Notes: generated from the letters alone by a model not told the origin. A stretch of DNA of 64,000 nucleotides from Candidatus Binatia bacterium (GCA_038245295.1 JBBRSP010000024.1:20877-84876), one strand, 5' to 3'. Counted from the first letter of the stretch, positions 20,351 through 30,398 are shown. Made by a program: numbers and translations.

Positions 20351-21661
20351 GTGGTGCATCTCAAACTTCAGGGCGTGTGGCGAGGTACCGCATTCGGGCT
20401 GGCGTTGTTGCTCGCGTTGCTGGCGCATACCGCCTACGCGCGGACGACCAAACCGAAGGCGCATAAGCCCTCGAAAACTTCAAAAGCGAATCCCAAAGCG
20501 CCCAAGGTGTCGGTTTCCAAGCATATTGTTCAGGGCGGCCAGACCTTGACCAGTATTCTCTCGGACCATGGGTTGTCGCAACACGAGATCAACCAGTGGG
20601 ACGATGCGATGCGCACTGCGGCCGGCAACTTTCAGCTCAGCCCCGGCCACGTCTTGAACTTGCGCGCCGACAACGCCGGCCATGTGCTCAGCCTGAGTTA
20701 CGAAGTTGATGACCTGATGCGCGTGTTGGTTGAGAAGCGCGGCTCGCAGCTGCGTGGCCGCACCGAACCATTGCAGGCGCGGGTGAAAATGGTCGCCGCT
20801 GAGGGTACGGTCCAGAAGAGCTTCTTCCAGGCGGCGCGCCAGGCGAGTATTCCGGACCGCATTGTGTCGCAGATGGCCGACATTCTGGGTTGGGACTACG
20901 ACTTCCGCCGCGTCCGTCCAGGCGACCGCTTCCGCGTTCTGTACGAACGCCGCGTCAGTGCCGATGGGCGCCCACTGCCGCCGGGCAAGGTGCTGGCCGT
21001 GGAAATTCGCGGCGCGACACGCACCGCGCAAGCCTTCTATTATGATGATGCCGGCGAGGCGATCTATGTCGACGAGACCGGGCGCACCGTGTCGCGTGGG
21101 TTCTTGCGTTATCCCGTCGAGTTCTCGCGCATCAGCTCGCACTTTGCCAAACACCGCTTTCATCCGATTCTGCAGGTCGGTCGTCCTCACAACGGCGTCG
21201 ACTTCGCGGCACCGCAAGGAACGCCGGTGCGCGCGGCGGCGGACGGGGTTGTGACCATGGCCGGCCGCAACGGCGACTTCGGCAACCACATCGAGATCAA
21301 GCACGAGGATTCGTGGGTGACGACGTATTCGCATCTGCACGACATCGTCACTACGGTGCAGGTTGGGCAACGGATTCATCAGGGCACGGTGATTGGCCAT
21401 GTCGGCCAAACCGGTCTGGCGACCGGAGCGCATCTGCACTTCGCGCTCTTCAAGGGGAGCCAGTACCTGGATCCGCTGACCGCAACGGTCGACATCCATC
21501 GCAATGTCAAAGATGCGAAGCGATTCGCATCCGTGAAGCAAGTTTTACTACGTCAGATTGCGATGCTGGTGCGGCCACCGGCACCACTCACGGTGGCACC
21601 GATTCAGTTGGCGAGCCTGGCACCATCGCAGCAGCCAGGACCCATCACTCTGACCCAGTGA
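20351..21661 (+). CDS. M23 family peptidoglycan DD-endopeptidase (MepM-like)
   Basis: Signal/anchor, LysM-like segment, HNGVDF, YSHL, TGAHLHF; start uncertain. Confidence 0.92.
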   Translation: MVHLKLQGVWRGTAFGLALLLALLAHTAYARTTKPKAHKPSKTSKANPKAPKVSVSKHIVQGGQTLTSILSDHGLSQHEINQWDDAMRTAAGNFQLSPGHVLNLRADNAGHVLSLSYEVDDLMRVLVEKRGSQLRGRTEPLQARVKMVAAEGTVQKSFFQAARQASIPDRIVSQMADILGWDYDFRRVRPGDRFRVLYERRVSADGRPLPPGKVLAVEIRGATRTAQAFYYDDAGEAIYVDETGRTVSRGFLRYPVEFSRISSHFAKHRFHPILQVGRPHNGVDFAAPQGTPVRAAADGVVTMAGRNGDFGNHIEIKHEDSWVTTYSHLHDIVTTVQVGQRIHQGTVIGHVGQTGLATGAHLHFALFKGSQYLDPLTATVDIHRNVKDAKRFASVKQVLLRQIAMLVRPPAPLTVAPIQLASLAPSQQPGPITLTQ

Positions 21662-21714
21662 AGGAAGAGAAGCGCTCTTAGCGCTCACTTCGGGACGGGA
21701 AAGACGGCCGCGCG

Positions 21715-21927
21715 TCAGGCGCGACCGTCTTCGCTCAGATTCAGGTTGACCAACGCGAAAAACAGCTCGTCGATCGATTGGTAGCGAAAGCCGGCGGGAA
21801 TCATCGGGTAGAGATCACCCGGGTCGACGCTGAAGCCCGAGCGCTCGTCGCCGTAGACTGGAAACACTTCCAATCCAACTTTGAGTAGCTGCGCGTGCTG
21901 TCCACGATCACCCACGTTTGCCGTCAT
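21715..21927 (-). CDS. Small hypothetical protein
   Basis: 70-aa ORF with protein-like composition and an AAGGGA RBS. Confidence 0.5.
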   Translation of the reverse strand: MTANVGDRGQHAQLLKVGLEVFPVYGDERSGFSVDPGDLYPMIPAGFRYQSIDELFFALVNLNLSEDGRA

Positions 21928-22147
21928 CGGGTTTCCCTTCATGTCTCAAGCGCCTCCGGCGCGCGCTATTTAAGAGCACGAGCCGTGCCAGTGTCTGATG
22001 GTTGGCGTGGTTGGGTCGATGCGCTGCATTCTACGGCATGGACAAGAAGAAGCCTGCCGAAATCTGACGCCGAGCGGTGAAATTGTGCAATGTCCGGACT
22101 GCGGCTGAGTGTCTCAGTGTGCCGCGGTTGCGTCTCACCGGCGCAGG

Positions 22148-23071
22148 CTACGCGGACAGTGATGGCAGTTTTGCGCGGCGTGGGGTGCCGTTGGGTTCGA
22201 GTGCAGTAGGCGCCAAAACCCCTGCAACAAAACTTCGGAATTCCCTGGCAAACGCATCCGGGTCTTCGAGAAACGCCGCGTGGCCGGCGTCGAAGAACCG
22301 CACGCTCATGTGCGGGAAGCGCTCGGCGCCTTGCCGGCTCTGCGACCAAGGGAGGATGCGGTCTTTCTTTGCCCAGGCAAACAGCGTCGGGCAACCCACC
22401 TGGGCTGCCAGCGAGCGAAGATCGCTACGCGAGTCGGCGAAGCTCGCCCAGGCTTGCGTCAGGATCGGAGCAACGTCGCGAGCTGCCGCGACGATTCTCT
22501 GGCGCTGTGGCCGTGCCGCCGCCTGTGGGAGGACCATTCGGTAGTACAGGTTGAAGGCGAAAGGATACCACGAGGTGCCACGGGCGCCGGCGGCGAAGAA
22601 CGACTGCAGGCGACGGATCGCGAAGCGGGCAAACTTGTTGATGGGTGCCAAGCCGCCCGGGTTGCACAGCACCAGCGCTCGGACCAGATCCGGCCGTCGT
22701 GCCGCCAACTCGATTGCCGCGGCACCGCCGATGGAGCAGCCAATCACGATGACCGGCTCCCCACCGAGCTGTGGCACGAACCGCTCGATCAACTCAGCGT
22801 AGCGCCAGGCACTCGCGGGTGCTGTTTCGCGCGGGCTCCTGCCTTGGCCCGGCCAATCAACGGCGATGACTTCGAAGGTATCGCCAACACGTTCGGCAAA
22901 CGATTCGAAGTCGCGCCCACCGTGACCAGTCGCATGCAAGCATACGACGCGAGGTCCGCGTCCGCGCCGCGCGATCGCGAGCTGCACCCCGTCGACGTTG
23001 TACCGTTCCACCGGATCCCAGACGCCGACCGCATCCAGGCGACTTCTGCTGTTGTCTGATGTGATAGACAT
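22148..23071 (-). CDS. Alpha/beta hydrolase
   Basis: CLHATGHG, DWPGQGRS, GCSIGG, AGHAAF; divergent from a TetR gene. Confidence 0.88.
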   Translation of the reverse strand: MSITSDNSRSRLDAVGVWDPVERYNVDGVQLAIARRGRGPRVVCLHATGHGGRDFESFAERVGDTFEVIAVDWPGQGRSPRETAPASAWRYAELIERFVPQLGGEPVIVIGCSIGGAAAIELAARRPDLVRALVLCNPGGLAPINKFARFAIRRLQSFFAAGARGTSWYPFAFNLYYRMVLPQAAARPQRQRIVAAARDVAPILTQAWASFADSRSDLRSLAAQVGCPTLFAWAKKDRILPWSQSRQGAERFPHMSVRFFDAGHAAFLEDPDAFAREFRSFVAGVLAPTALEPNGTPRRAKLPSLSA

Positions 23072-23076
23072 ATCAC
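23061..23076. promoter_or_regulatory. Candidate TetR operator palindrome
   Basis: GTGATA-gaca-TATCAC overlapping the hydrolase start codon. Confidence 0.55.
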
Positions 23077-23101
23077 TTTGGTTCCTATAGAGAGTCAAGG
23101 C

Positions 23102-23689
23102 ATGAGTCAAGCAGCAACGAAGAAGCGGGAGTCCGACGTGGGAAGGTCGGCGCGTCCGCGTGGCGCCGGCCGTGAAGCTTTGATCGTAGCGGCGCGCGCC
23201 GAGTTCGATGGTGTTGGGTTCGACGGAACCGATACGAATCGTATCGCGCGGCGCGCCGGTTATGCGCCGCAGACGTTCTATCGGCACTTCGCCGACAAGA
23301 CGGCGATTTTTCTGGCGGTCTACGATCGCTGGCTCGAAGGCGAGATGCGTGATGCTGATCGTGCGGCACGGCGTGGACCGGTCGCCGCGGCGCGCGTCGT
23401 GTTGCAGCACCACGCCAAACATCGGGAGTTCCGTCGCAGTTTGCGCCACCTCACTATTCTGGATCCGCAGGTCCGCCGAGCCCGTGCCGCGAGTCGTCAA
23501 CGTCAGATCGAGTTGCTCGGCGCGCATGCCTTCCGCGGCGTCGATGAGCAAGCGCGCGTTGCGCTGATTCTGTGCATCGAACGCATCGCGGATGCGGCTG
23601 CCGACGGTGAGCTGAAGGATCTTGGCCTGAGCGCCAAGGCGCAGGCGGAGTTACTGGCGCATGTGATGGCGAAGCTCGGGCGACCGTGA
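23102..23689 (+). CDS. TetR/AcrR family transcriptional regulator
   Basis: GFDGTDTNRIARRAGYAPQTFYRHFADK HTH. Confidence 0.92.
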   Translation: MSQAATKKRESDVGRSARPRGAGREALIVAARAEFDGVGFDGTDTNRIARRAGYAPQTFYRHFADKTAIFLAVYDRWLEGEMRDADRAARRGPVAAARVVLQHHAKHREFRRSLRHLTILDPQVRRARAASRQRQIELLGAHAFRGVDEQARVALILCIERIADAAADGELKDLGLSAKAQAELLAHVMAKLGRP

Positions 23690-23993
23690 TGGTGGCGCTC
23701 GGACGCCCTCGCCGTTCGGGGCTCTCGAACACGAGATGCGGGCCTTCTTCGAAAGACGTCGCGATCTACACCGGCGCGCCCGGCGCGCGGTAGATCGATT
23801 GACGATGCACGTGTGAGCTAAGCCCCCGGAAGCGCTCGGCGCGAAAAGGGCAGCCGTCTCAAAGAGGGCGCGCCCTCCGTAGCGCGCAGCGCGAAGGAGG
23901 GTATCCCAGCCTCGCTCGTCGTGGTACGACGCCGCGCCACGACGGGCGGGGGCCCTTTCCCCGCAGCCGTCGCGCAACAGGAGAGGGCACACG

Positions 23994-24905
23994 ATGATGA
24001 AACCAGCATTGAGCTTGGCCGCGATGAGCGGCCGCCGTCAGGCAACCCTGGATCTGGCGCGCGACATCGAGCGCCGCGGCTTTCAGGGGATTTACTGCCC
24101 GAGCTTCGGCGACTGTGTCGGTCTGTGTGAGGCACTCGCCTTTGCCACGAACGAGATCCATTTCGGCACCGCGATCGCCAATATCTACATGCGTCATCCC
24201 AGCGATTATGCGCTGACGGTGACCATGATCCACGAGCTGTCGAAGGGGCGTTTCCGTTTCGGCGTCGGCGTCAGTCATGCCCCGGTCAATTCGCGTCTGG
24301 GTTTCAAGACCGGCAAGCCGACCGAAGACATCCGTTCGTTCGTCGACCAGCTCAAACAAGGCGCTCAACGATGGGGTGACCTGCCGCCGATTACCCTGGC
24401 GACGTTGCGCAAGAAAATGGTGCAGCTGTCGGCCGAGATCGCCCAGGGCGCGGTATGGGCCAACGCGTCGCGCTCACATATGGGTAAGTCGCTCGCCTTC
24501 CTTGGCGACGCCGGCGCCAAAGCGAAGAAGGGCGAGTTCTTTGTCGGCAATATGATTCCGATCTGCATCGACGACGACCGCGCCGCGGCGGCGGCCGTAA
24601 ACCGCAAGACGCTCGGCGGATACGTGATGCTGCCCAACTACCAGAACTACTGGATCGAAGCGGGCTACGAAGAAGAGATGCTGGCCATCCGCCAGGCCAT
24701 CGCCGCCAAACAGTACGACAAGATCCCGGGTTTGATGTCGGACAAGTGGCTGAGCGACTGCACACTGTACGGCAGCGTCGCCGAAGTCCGCGCCGGCCTC
24801 GAAGCCTGGTGCGACGCCGGCGTGAGTACGCCGATCCTCGTGCCGTCGTCGACCAAGGGCGGGCAGCTGAAGGCAATCGAGGAAGTGTTCGCCGCGTTCG
24901 ATTGA
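23994..24905 (+). CDS. LLM-class flavin-dependent oxidoreductase
   Basis: FGTAIANIYMRHP, SKGRFRFGVGVSH. Confidence 0.88.
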   Translation: MMKPALSLAAMSGRRQATLDLARDIERRGFQGIYCPSFGDCVGLCEALAFATNEIHFGTAIANIYMRHPSDYALTVTMIHELSKGRFRFGVGVSHAPVNSRLGFKTGKPTEDIRSFVDQLKQGAQRWGDLPPITLATLRKKMVQLSAEIAQGAVWANASRSHMGKSLAFLGDAGAKAKKGEFFVGNMIPICIDDDRAAAAAVNRKTLGGYVMLPNYQNYWIEAGYEEEMLAIRQAIAAKQYDKIPGLMSDKWLSDCTLYGSVAEVRAGLEAWCDAGVSTPILVPSSTKGGQLKAIEEVFAAFD

Positions 24906-24962
24906 TGGCCGCATTGATCGACGGTCTTGACTCTCAACCCTCAACCCTCGACTCTCCGCGGC

Positions 24963-25778
24963 ATGCGCTTCGCCCTGCACATCGATCCACCGTTGGCGCA
25001 GATTCCTGCGCTCTTGAAGGAAGCGGGCGTCGACGCCTTCCAGACGACACTGCGCAACCCGCAGCGTTTTGGGAAGGATGGCGTTCCGGATGCGGCCGAC
25101 CAGGCGGTATTCAAATCGACCCTCGGAGATCTCTGGGGTATCGTTCACGGCACGCTACTCATCAACCTCGCCAGCACCGATCCGAAGATTCGCAATGCGT
25201 CGTCGTCGGCGCTTCTGGGTGACGTAAAGCTGGCGGCGCAGCTCGGCCTTGCCGGCGTCTGCTTCCATGTCGGCTACGCCAAGGGACACACCAGCGTCGA
25301 CGCTGCGCTGAAAGAAGTCGTGCGCAAACTCACCCAGGTGCTCGATGCGATGCCGGAAGGCGCCTGCGCTGTGATCGAGAACAGCTGCGAAGGCACGGAG
25401 CTTGGCAAAGAGATCTGGGAGATCGGCCGTATCGTGCGTGACATCGGCGCGCCGAAAGAACGTCTCGCCGTATTGATCGATACGTGTCACCTCCACGCCG
25501 CCGGATTCGATCTCGGCGTCGACGACGCCGGTGATCGTCTGGCTGATGAGTTGGAGAAGGAGCAACTCCTCGATCGTCTCGTCGCCTTTCATTTCAACGA
25601 CTGCCAGGGCGAAGTCGGCTGCAAACGCGATCGCCACGCGGCTCCCGGCGAAGGTTCGATTCAGGAGGGTCTACATTCCGTGGCCAACCATCCTGCCTTT
25701 GCCACGCTGCCGCTGATTCTCGAGATCGATCCTGAATCCGCCCGCCGCGGCATGACGTATATGATGGGAAGCCGGTGA
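24963..25778 (+). CDS. nfo: Endonuclease IV (AP endonuclease 2 family)
   Basis: HG..LINLAS, FHVG, IEN, DTCH, HFND, DRH, ILE metal ligands. Confidence 0.85.
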   Translation: MRFALHIDPPLAQIPALLKEAGVDAFQTTLRNPQRFGKDGVPDAADQAVFKSTLGDLWGIVHGTLLINLASTDPKIRNASSSALLGDVKLAAQLGLAGVCFHVGYAKGHTSVDAALKEVVRKLTQVLDAMPEGACAVIENSCEGTELGKEIWEIGRIVRDIGAPKERLAVLIDTCHLHAAGFDLGVDDAGDRLADELEKEQLLDRLVAFHFNDCQGEVGCKRDRHAAPGEGSIQEGLHSVANHPAFATLPLILEIDPESARRGMTYMMGSR

Positions 25779-25780
25779 AC

Positions 25781-25905
25781 CATTTGGCCAACTAGCCATT
25801 TTGCCATTTGGTCATTTGATCTGTTGGGTGGAGCGGCGATGATCAATCGAACCAACAACCAGACGGCCAAATGACCAAATGGCCAAATGACCAAATGGCA
25901 AAATG
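25781..25905. repeat. Inverted pair of 8-bp tandem arrays
   Basis: catttggc-type units, a spacer, then gaccaaat/gccaaat-type units. Confidence 0.7.
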
Positions 25906-25918
25906 AAAAGGTGGCCCG

Positions 25919-26836
25919 ATGACTCTTATCCTGCACCACTACGATACGTCGCCGTTCAGTGAGAAGATCAAAACGATCCTGGCGTACAAGAATCTCGAAT
26001 GGCGCGCCGTCGAGCAGCCGACCATCATGCCGAAGCCGCTGTTGACGCCGCTAACCGGCGGCTATCGCCGCATTCCGGTGCTGCAGATCGGCGCCGACAT
26101 CTACTGCGATTCGCAGCTGATCGTGCGCGTTCTGGAGCGCCTGCATCCGCAGCCGACGATTTATCCGGGTGACAGCGAAGGCACCTGCCACGTCTGGAAC
26201 CTTTGGGTCGACCGGCTGATGTTCTTCCAGACGACATCGATCCTCTTCGCGCTGATCGGTGACAAGGTCCCCAAAGCGTTTATCGACGATCGCACCGCGA
26301 TGATGCCGGGGCGTGCCAACTTCGCCGAGATCCCGAAATTGGCGCCACACTCGAAGGAGCAATGTCGGGCCATGGCGCAGCTCATCGCAGTGCAGCTGCA
26401 GAGCGGCCGTCCGTTTCTTCTCGGCGACGAGTTCAGCCTGGCCGATGCGGCGTGTTACCACCCGGTGTGGTTCCTGCGAAACTTTCCGCCGGCCGCCGTC
26501 GTCTTCGACGAGTTTCCAAAGTTGATCGCCTGGTCGGAGCGCATCCGCGCCATGGGACACGGTCGCCGCAGCGACATGTCGCCCGAGGAGGCGCTGCGCA
26601 TCGCCAAGGAGAGTGAGCCGTCTCGCCCCGGCACCGCGGATGCTGCCGAGCCGAATGGCTGGAAGCCGGGTGATCGCGTCACCGTCACCGCCGATGATTA
26701 CGCCTTCGATGCGATCGACGGAACAATTTCGTCGAGCTCGGTGCACGAGATCGCCGTCCGCCGCAACACTCCCGAGACCGGAGAGGTTGTGGTTCACTTC
26801 CCGCGCATTGGCTTCCGGGTTCAGACGAACGCCTAG
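25919..26836 (+). CDS. Glutathione S-transferase family protein
   Basis: SPFSEK, LTGGYRRIPVLQIGADIYCDS, SLADAA. Confidence 0.92.
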   Translation: MTLILHHYDTSPFSEKIKTILAYKNLEWRAVEQPTIMPKPLLTPLTGGYRRIPVLQIGADIYCDSQLIVRVLERLHPQPTIYPGDSEGTCHVWNLWVDRLMFFQTTSILFALIGDKVPKAFIDDRTAMMPGRANFAEIPKLAPHSKEQCRAMAQLIAVQLQSGRPFLLGDEFSLADAACYHPVWFLRNFPPAAVVFDEFPKLIAWSERIRAMGHGRRSDMSPEEALRIAKESEPSRPGTADAAEPNGWKPGDRVTVTADDYAFDAIDGTISSSSVHEIAVRRNTPETGEVVVHFPRIGFRVQTNA

Positions 26837-27241
26837 TTCGGCTGGCGCGTCCATCACGCGAGCGCAGAAGACGATACACCACGACGCGGCGTTGCCCGCC
26901 TGGTATTGCTTATTACGTTCGAATTGGTTGCGGCGCGCGAAGATTGAGCGACCTACACACCACCAGCCGCTCTTTGCCACGGATGGACACGGATGCACAC
27001 AGATGCGGGCCCGTCGGGCCTGCGATGCTGGCGATGTCTGTTTACAAGCCATCTGTGTTCATCCCATTCATCTGTGGCAACAGGCGTGCGTTGGGTTGCG
27101 GGCAAAGTGTCCTTCGGGTTGTGAGATCAACCGTGGCGGCTGACCCACGGGAACGCTCTCCCTATGCACCCTCGCATCTTTGCGCGAGGTCACTATTTTC
27201 TCGCTAGAACCGCCGCGCCGCAGGCGATATGGAGATGCGTG

Positions 27242-28609
27242 GTGAACGCTCCACGCTTGTGCCCCCTGGCGGCACTTTGGATTCTGCTGATCGCCTCTGT
27301 TGGTGCGGCCCAGCCGCAACCGACTCCCAGCGCTACGCCACCGCTGATCGCCGACTGCTTCGTCTACTTTTCCAGCGATGTGCCGAAACCGATTCCGGAC
27401 AACAGTAGCGTCGATTCGCATCTGACGTTGCCGTCGATCGGCGCGCTCAGTGACATCAACGTTATCGCTCTGTTCGGGCAGCACCCGTTTGTGCAAGATC
27501 TCGAGTTCCACCTGATCAGTCCACGCGGTACCGACGTCATCATCGTCAAACGCGGCTGCGCCGAATCGCGCGACTTCGATCTCTCGCTCGACGATCAAGC
27601 CGAGACCGGCATCCCGTGTCCACCGACCGACATGAGCCCACACCAACCGGATCAACCGCTATCGACTTTCGTCGGCCAGTCGTCGGGTGGGGTTTGGACG
27701 TTACGTATCTTCGATCGGGACCCACATGATGCCGGCCTCGTCGAGTCATGGGGCCTGCAGGTCTGTGTCGCGGCTACGCCGCCACCAACCATCACCTCAC
27801 CGACGTTGACGCCGACGCGCACGCCGACCAAGACCCGCACGAACACGCGTGGCCCAAGTCGCACGCCGACCAATTCGCCGACCCCAGCCTTTAGCCGCAC
27901 CCGCACCTTCAGCGCGACGATCACGATGACGCCGACGGCGACGCCGTCGCAGCGACCGTCGCCGACACCGACGCCATCTCCAACGATCTCCGGTACGATC
28001 ACACTGACGCCGACGGTTACACCAACCGCGACGGCGACGTGTGTCGCCTTTTCCTGCCCCGGTGACTGCAACTGCGACGGCGAGGTGACGGTCGACGAGA
28101 TCCTGCGCGGCGTCATCATCGCCCTCGGCACCGGGCGCTACGACCGCTGCCCGGCGATGGATCGAAATGGCGACGGCGAAGTCACCATCGATGAGATCAT
28201 CGCTGGTGTTGGTCACGCGCTTGGAAGCTGTGAAGCGTCAACGCCGGTTCCCACACCAGCAGCCACCCCAGCTGGCGACTTGGGCTTTGCCCGGGTGACG
28301 ATTCATGTGTCCGATGTCTCGTCCCCTTCCGGAAGCCCAATCGGCGGAGCGACAGTGACCTTTTCGCGGCGTGCAGGCGGAGGCTTTCAACACGGCCCAA
28401 GAGCATACTCGGGATCAGCCAGCAGTGATCTGCGAGGAATTGCTCAGTTCGACATCTTTCTGCACGACACGGATGAAGTGACGTTTGGTGCTGCAGCCGT
28501 CGGCTTCCTGTCGGGCAAACTCGTCTTCGGTGGAAGCCTCGGTTTTGGAGGCAATGAAGTTTACAACTCGGATCGAAGCTTCGAAATCAAACTGCAGTCA
28601 GTCGGCTAG
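27242..28609 (+). CDS. Secreted protein with proprotein convertase P-domain, Thr/Pro linker and dockerin-like domain
   Basis: Signal peptide; IPDN...DLEFHLISPRGT...GVWTLRIFD..DAG.VESWGL; TPT repeats; CPGDCNCDGEVTVDE and DRNGDGEVTIDE. Confidence 0.82.
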   Translation: MNAPRLCPLAALWILLIASVGAAQPQPTPSATPPLIADCFVYFSSDVPKPIPDNSSVDSHLTLPSIGALSDINVIALFGQHPFVQDLEFHLISPRGTDVIIVKRGCAESRDFDLSLDDQAETGIPCPPTDMSPHQPDQPLSTFVGQSSGGVWTLRIFDRDPHDAGLVESWGLQVCVAATPPPTITSPTLTPTRTPTKTRTNTRGPSRTPTNSPTPAFSRTRTFSATITMTPTATPSQRPSPTPTPSPTISGTITLTPTVTPTATATCVAFSCPGDCNCDGEVTVDEILRGVIIALGTGRYDRCPAMDRNGDGEVTIDEIIAGVGHALGSCEASTPVPTPAATPAGDLGFARVTIHVSDVSSPSGSPIGGATVTFSRRAGGGFQHGPRAYSGSASSDLRGIAQFDIFLHDTDEVTFGAAAVGFLSGKLVFGGSLGFGGNEVYNSDRSFEIKLQSVG

Positions 28610-28727
28610 ATCTCCGGTTGACCCGTTCCTTAGGACGGCACATTCATTCCATGGCGAAGCGTCTGCTTACGGCGAACAACCTTCTCAACGTGGTCGATCC
28701 GCGCTGAGCGAACCCTCACCCCGACCC

Positions 28728-29135
28728 CAATGTCGTTAAGTTCGCGAGGGTGAGGGCCAAATGCTGAGCGTCGTCATACCGGCGGAGGCCCGCCAGCCCA
28801 CCGAAGCCCTGCGAAGGTGGGGTATCCAGTGATGGGACCGAAGCATAACGCGCAGATTCTATTCCATCACTGGGTCCCGGCCTCCGGGACTGTCGATCAA
28901 CTGAAATGAAGCAACGTCATCCCGGCTTTTCGAGACTGTCGTAAAACCAAAGTGGAGCAACGTCATCCCTGTGAAAACTGGGATCTCCCCCTGCTGGAAG
29001 CCTCGGAAGCTGGCGAGATACCGGCTTTCGCCGGTATGACGGATAGGTCTGCTCGGTTTCAAATATGGTTTCCGAGTAAATCGACACACTCCTCCGCCGG
29101 GACGCCCCACTCCTCTTGCTAACTTTACGGCATTG
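28728..29135. mobile_element. Composite MITE (CAATG...CATTG termini) with nested inner MITE(s) at 28887-29090
   Basis: Flanks accccgaccc/accctgaccc; interior is an inverted relative of 10286-10614; inner CCTCCG duplication at 28881-28886 and 29091-29096. Confidence 0.75.
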
Positions 29136-29231
29136 ACCCTGACCCTCTCCCGCGTGATGTGCGAGAGAGGGCAGCTTCGTCTTCAAATATGCAGATGGAG
29201 GAGATGGCCAAATGGCCAAATGGCCAGATGG

Positions 29232-30398
29232 TCAGATTCGCTCGATGATCGTCCCCGTCCCGAGTCCGCCACCGCAACACATCGCAATCAAGCCGTAACG
29301 CTGCCCGGTCCGCTCAAGTTCGTGTAGAGCGGAAGTGATCAATCGTGCCCCGGTGCAGCCCGTCGGATGTCCGAGCGCAATCGCTCCGCCGTTCGGGTTG
29401 ACACGTTCCGGATTCGGTCCGCATTCCTTCATCCACGTCAGCACCACCGAGGCGAAGGCTTCGTTCACTTCGAACGTGGCGATGTCGTCGATGCTGAGTC
29501 CGGTCTGCTTCAGCACCTTGCGGGTTGCCGGGACCGGACCCTTGAGCATGGTGACCGGATCAACGCCAACCAGGGTCGTGGCGAGGATGCGACCGCGAGC
29601 TTTGAGACCCAGTCGCTTGGCCGCTTCGGGTGAGGCGAGCAGGACAGCCGAGGCGCCGTCGGATACTTGCGATGACGTGCCGGCGGTGTGCAGGCCATCT
29701 GGTTCTACCGCTTGCAACGCGGCGAGCTTTTCCATCGATGTCGAGCGCAGACCTTCGTCCTTGCTGATCGTGCGCATCTCGCCGGTCGGGTTGCCGGCTT
29801 CATCGAGCACCGGCGATGCAATCGGCACGATCTCGCGCGTGTAGCGTCCCTCGGCCCAGGCTTGTGCCGCCAGGTTCTGGCTGCGCAGGCCAAAGCTGTC
29901 GGTGTCTTCACGCGTCAGCCCGTACTCCTTGGCGATCAGCTCGGCGCCTTTGAACTGCGAGGCGAAGGCGTAGTGGTTGCGGTAACTCGGCGGCAAAGGC
30001 CGTGCCCCCTTGGCGGAGTTGGAGCCGAGCGGCACACGCGTCATCATCTCGATGCCGCAGGCCAGGACGACATCTTCGATTCCCGAGCCGATCAGCCCGG
30101 CTGCCAGAGTCGTGGCCTGCTGGCTCGAGCCGCATTGGCTATCGACGGTGGTCGAGGCGACTTCCATTGGTAAACCCTGCGCCAGCCACGCGGTGCGCGC
30201 GATGTTGAACGACTGCTCGTTGACCTGCGACACACAGCCGCCGAGCACCTGGCCGACGCGCGCCGGATCAATTCCGGAACGCTCGACGGCGGCGCGTTGC
30301 ACCTGCCCGAGCAACTCGGCGGGATGGATCCCGGCGAAGCCACCTTTGCGTTTGCCGATCGCGCTGCGCACCGCCTCGACGATGAGTACTTCCTGCAT
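29232..30398 (-). CDS. Thiolase (acetyl-CoA C-acyltransferase)
   Basis: QCGSSQQA, NEAFA, GGAIALGHP, MCCGGG. Confidence 0.94.
   Translation of the reverse strand: MQEVLIVEAVRSAIGKRKGGFAGIHPAELLGQVQRAAVERSGIDPARVGQVLGGCVSQVNEQSFNIARTAWLAQGLPMEVASTTVDSQCGSSQQATTLAAGLIGSGIEDVVLACGIEMMTRVPLGSNSAKGARPLPPSYRNHYAFASQFKGAELIAKEYGLTREDTDSFGLRSQNLAAQAWAEGRYTREIVPIASPVLDEAGNPTGEMRTISKDEGLRSTSMEKLAALQAVEPDGLHTAGTSSQVSDGASAVLLASPEAAKRLGLKARGRILATTLVGVDPVTMLKGPVPATRKVLKQTGLSIDDIATFEVNEAFASVVLTWMKECGPNPERVNPNGGAIALGHPTGCTGARLITSALHELERTGQRYGLIAMCCGGGLGTGTIIERI

Noticed and set aside
22148..23551. 467-aa ORF as a single protein
   Set aside because: The N-terminal 160 aa are antisense to the TetR gene; the hydrolase starts at about 23071
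23820..23980. GC-rich hairpins upstream of the LLM gene as a riboswitch
   Set aside because: No recognisable aptamer consensus; one hairpin resembles dispersed palindromes at 28797 and 32205
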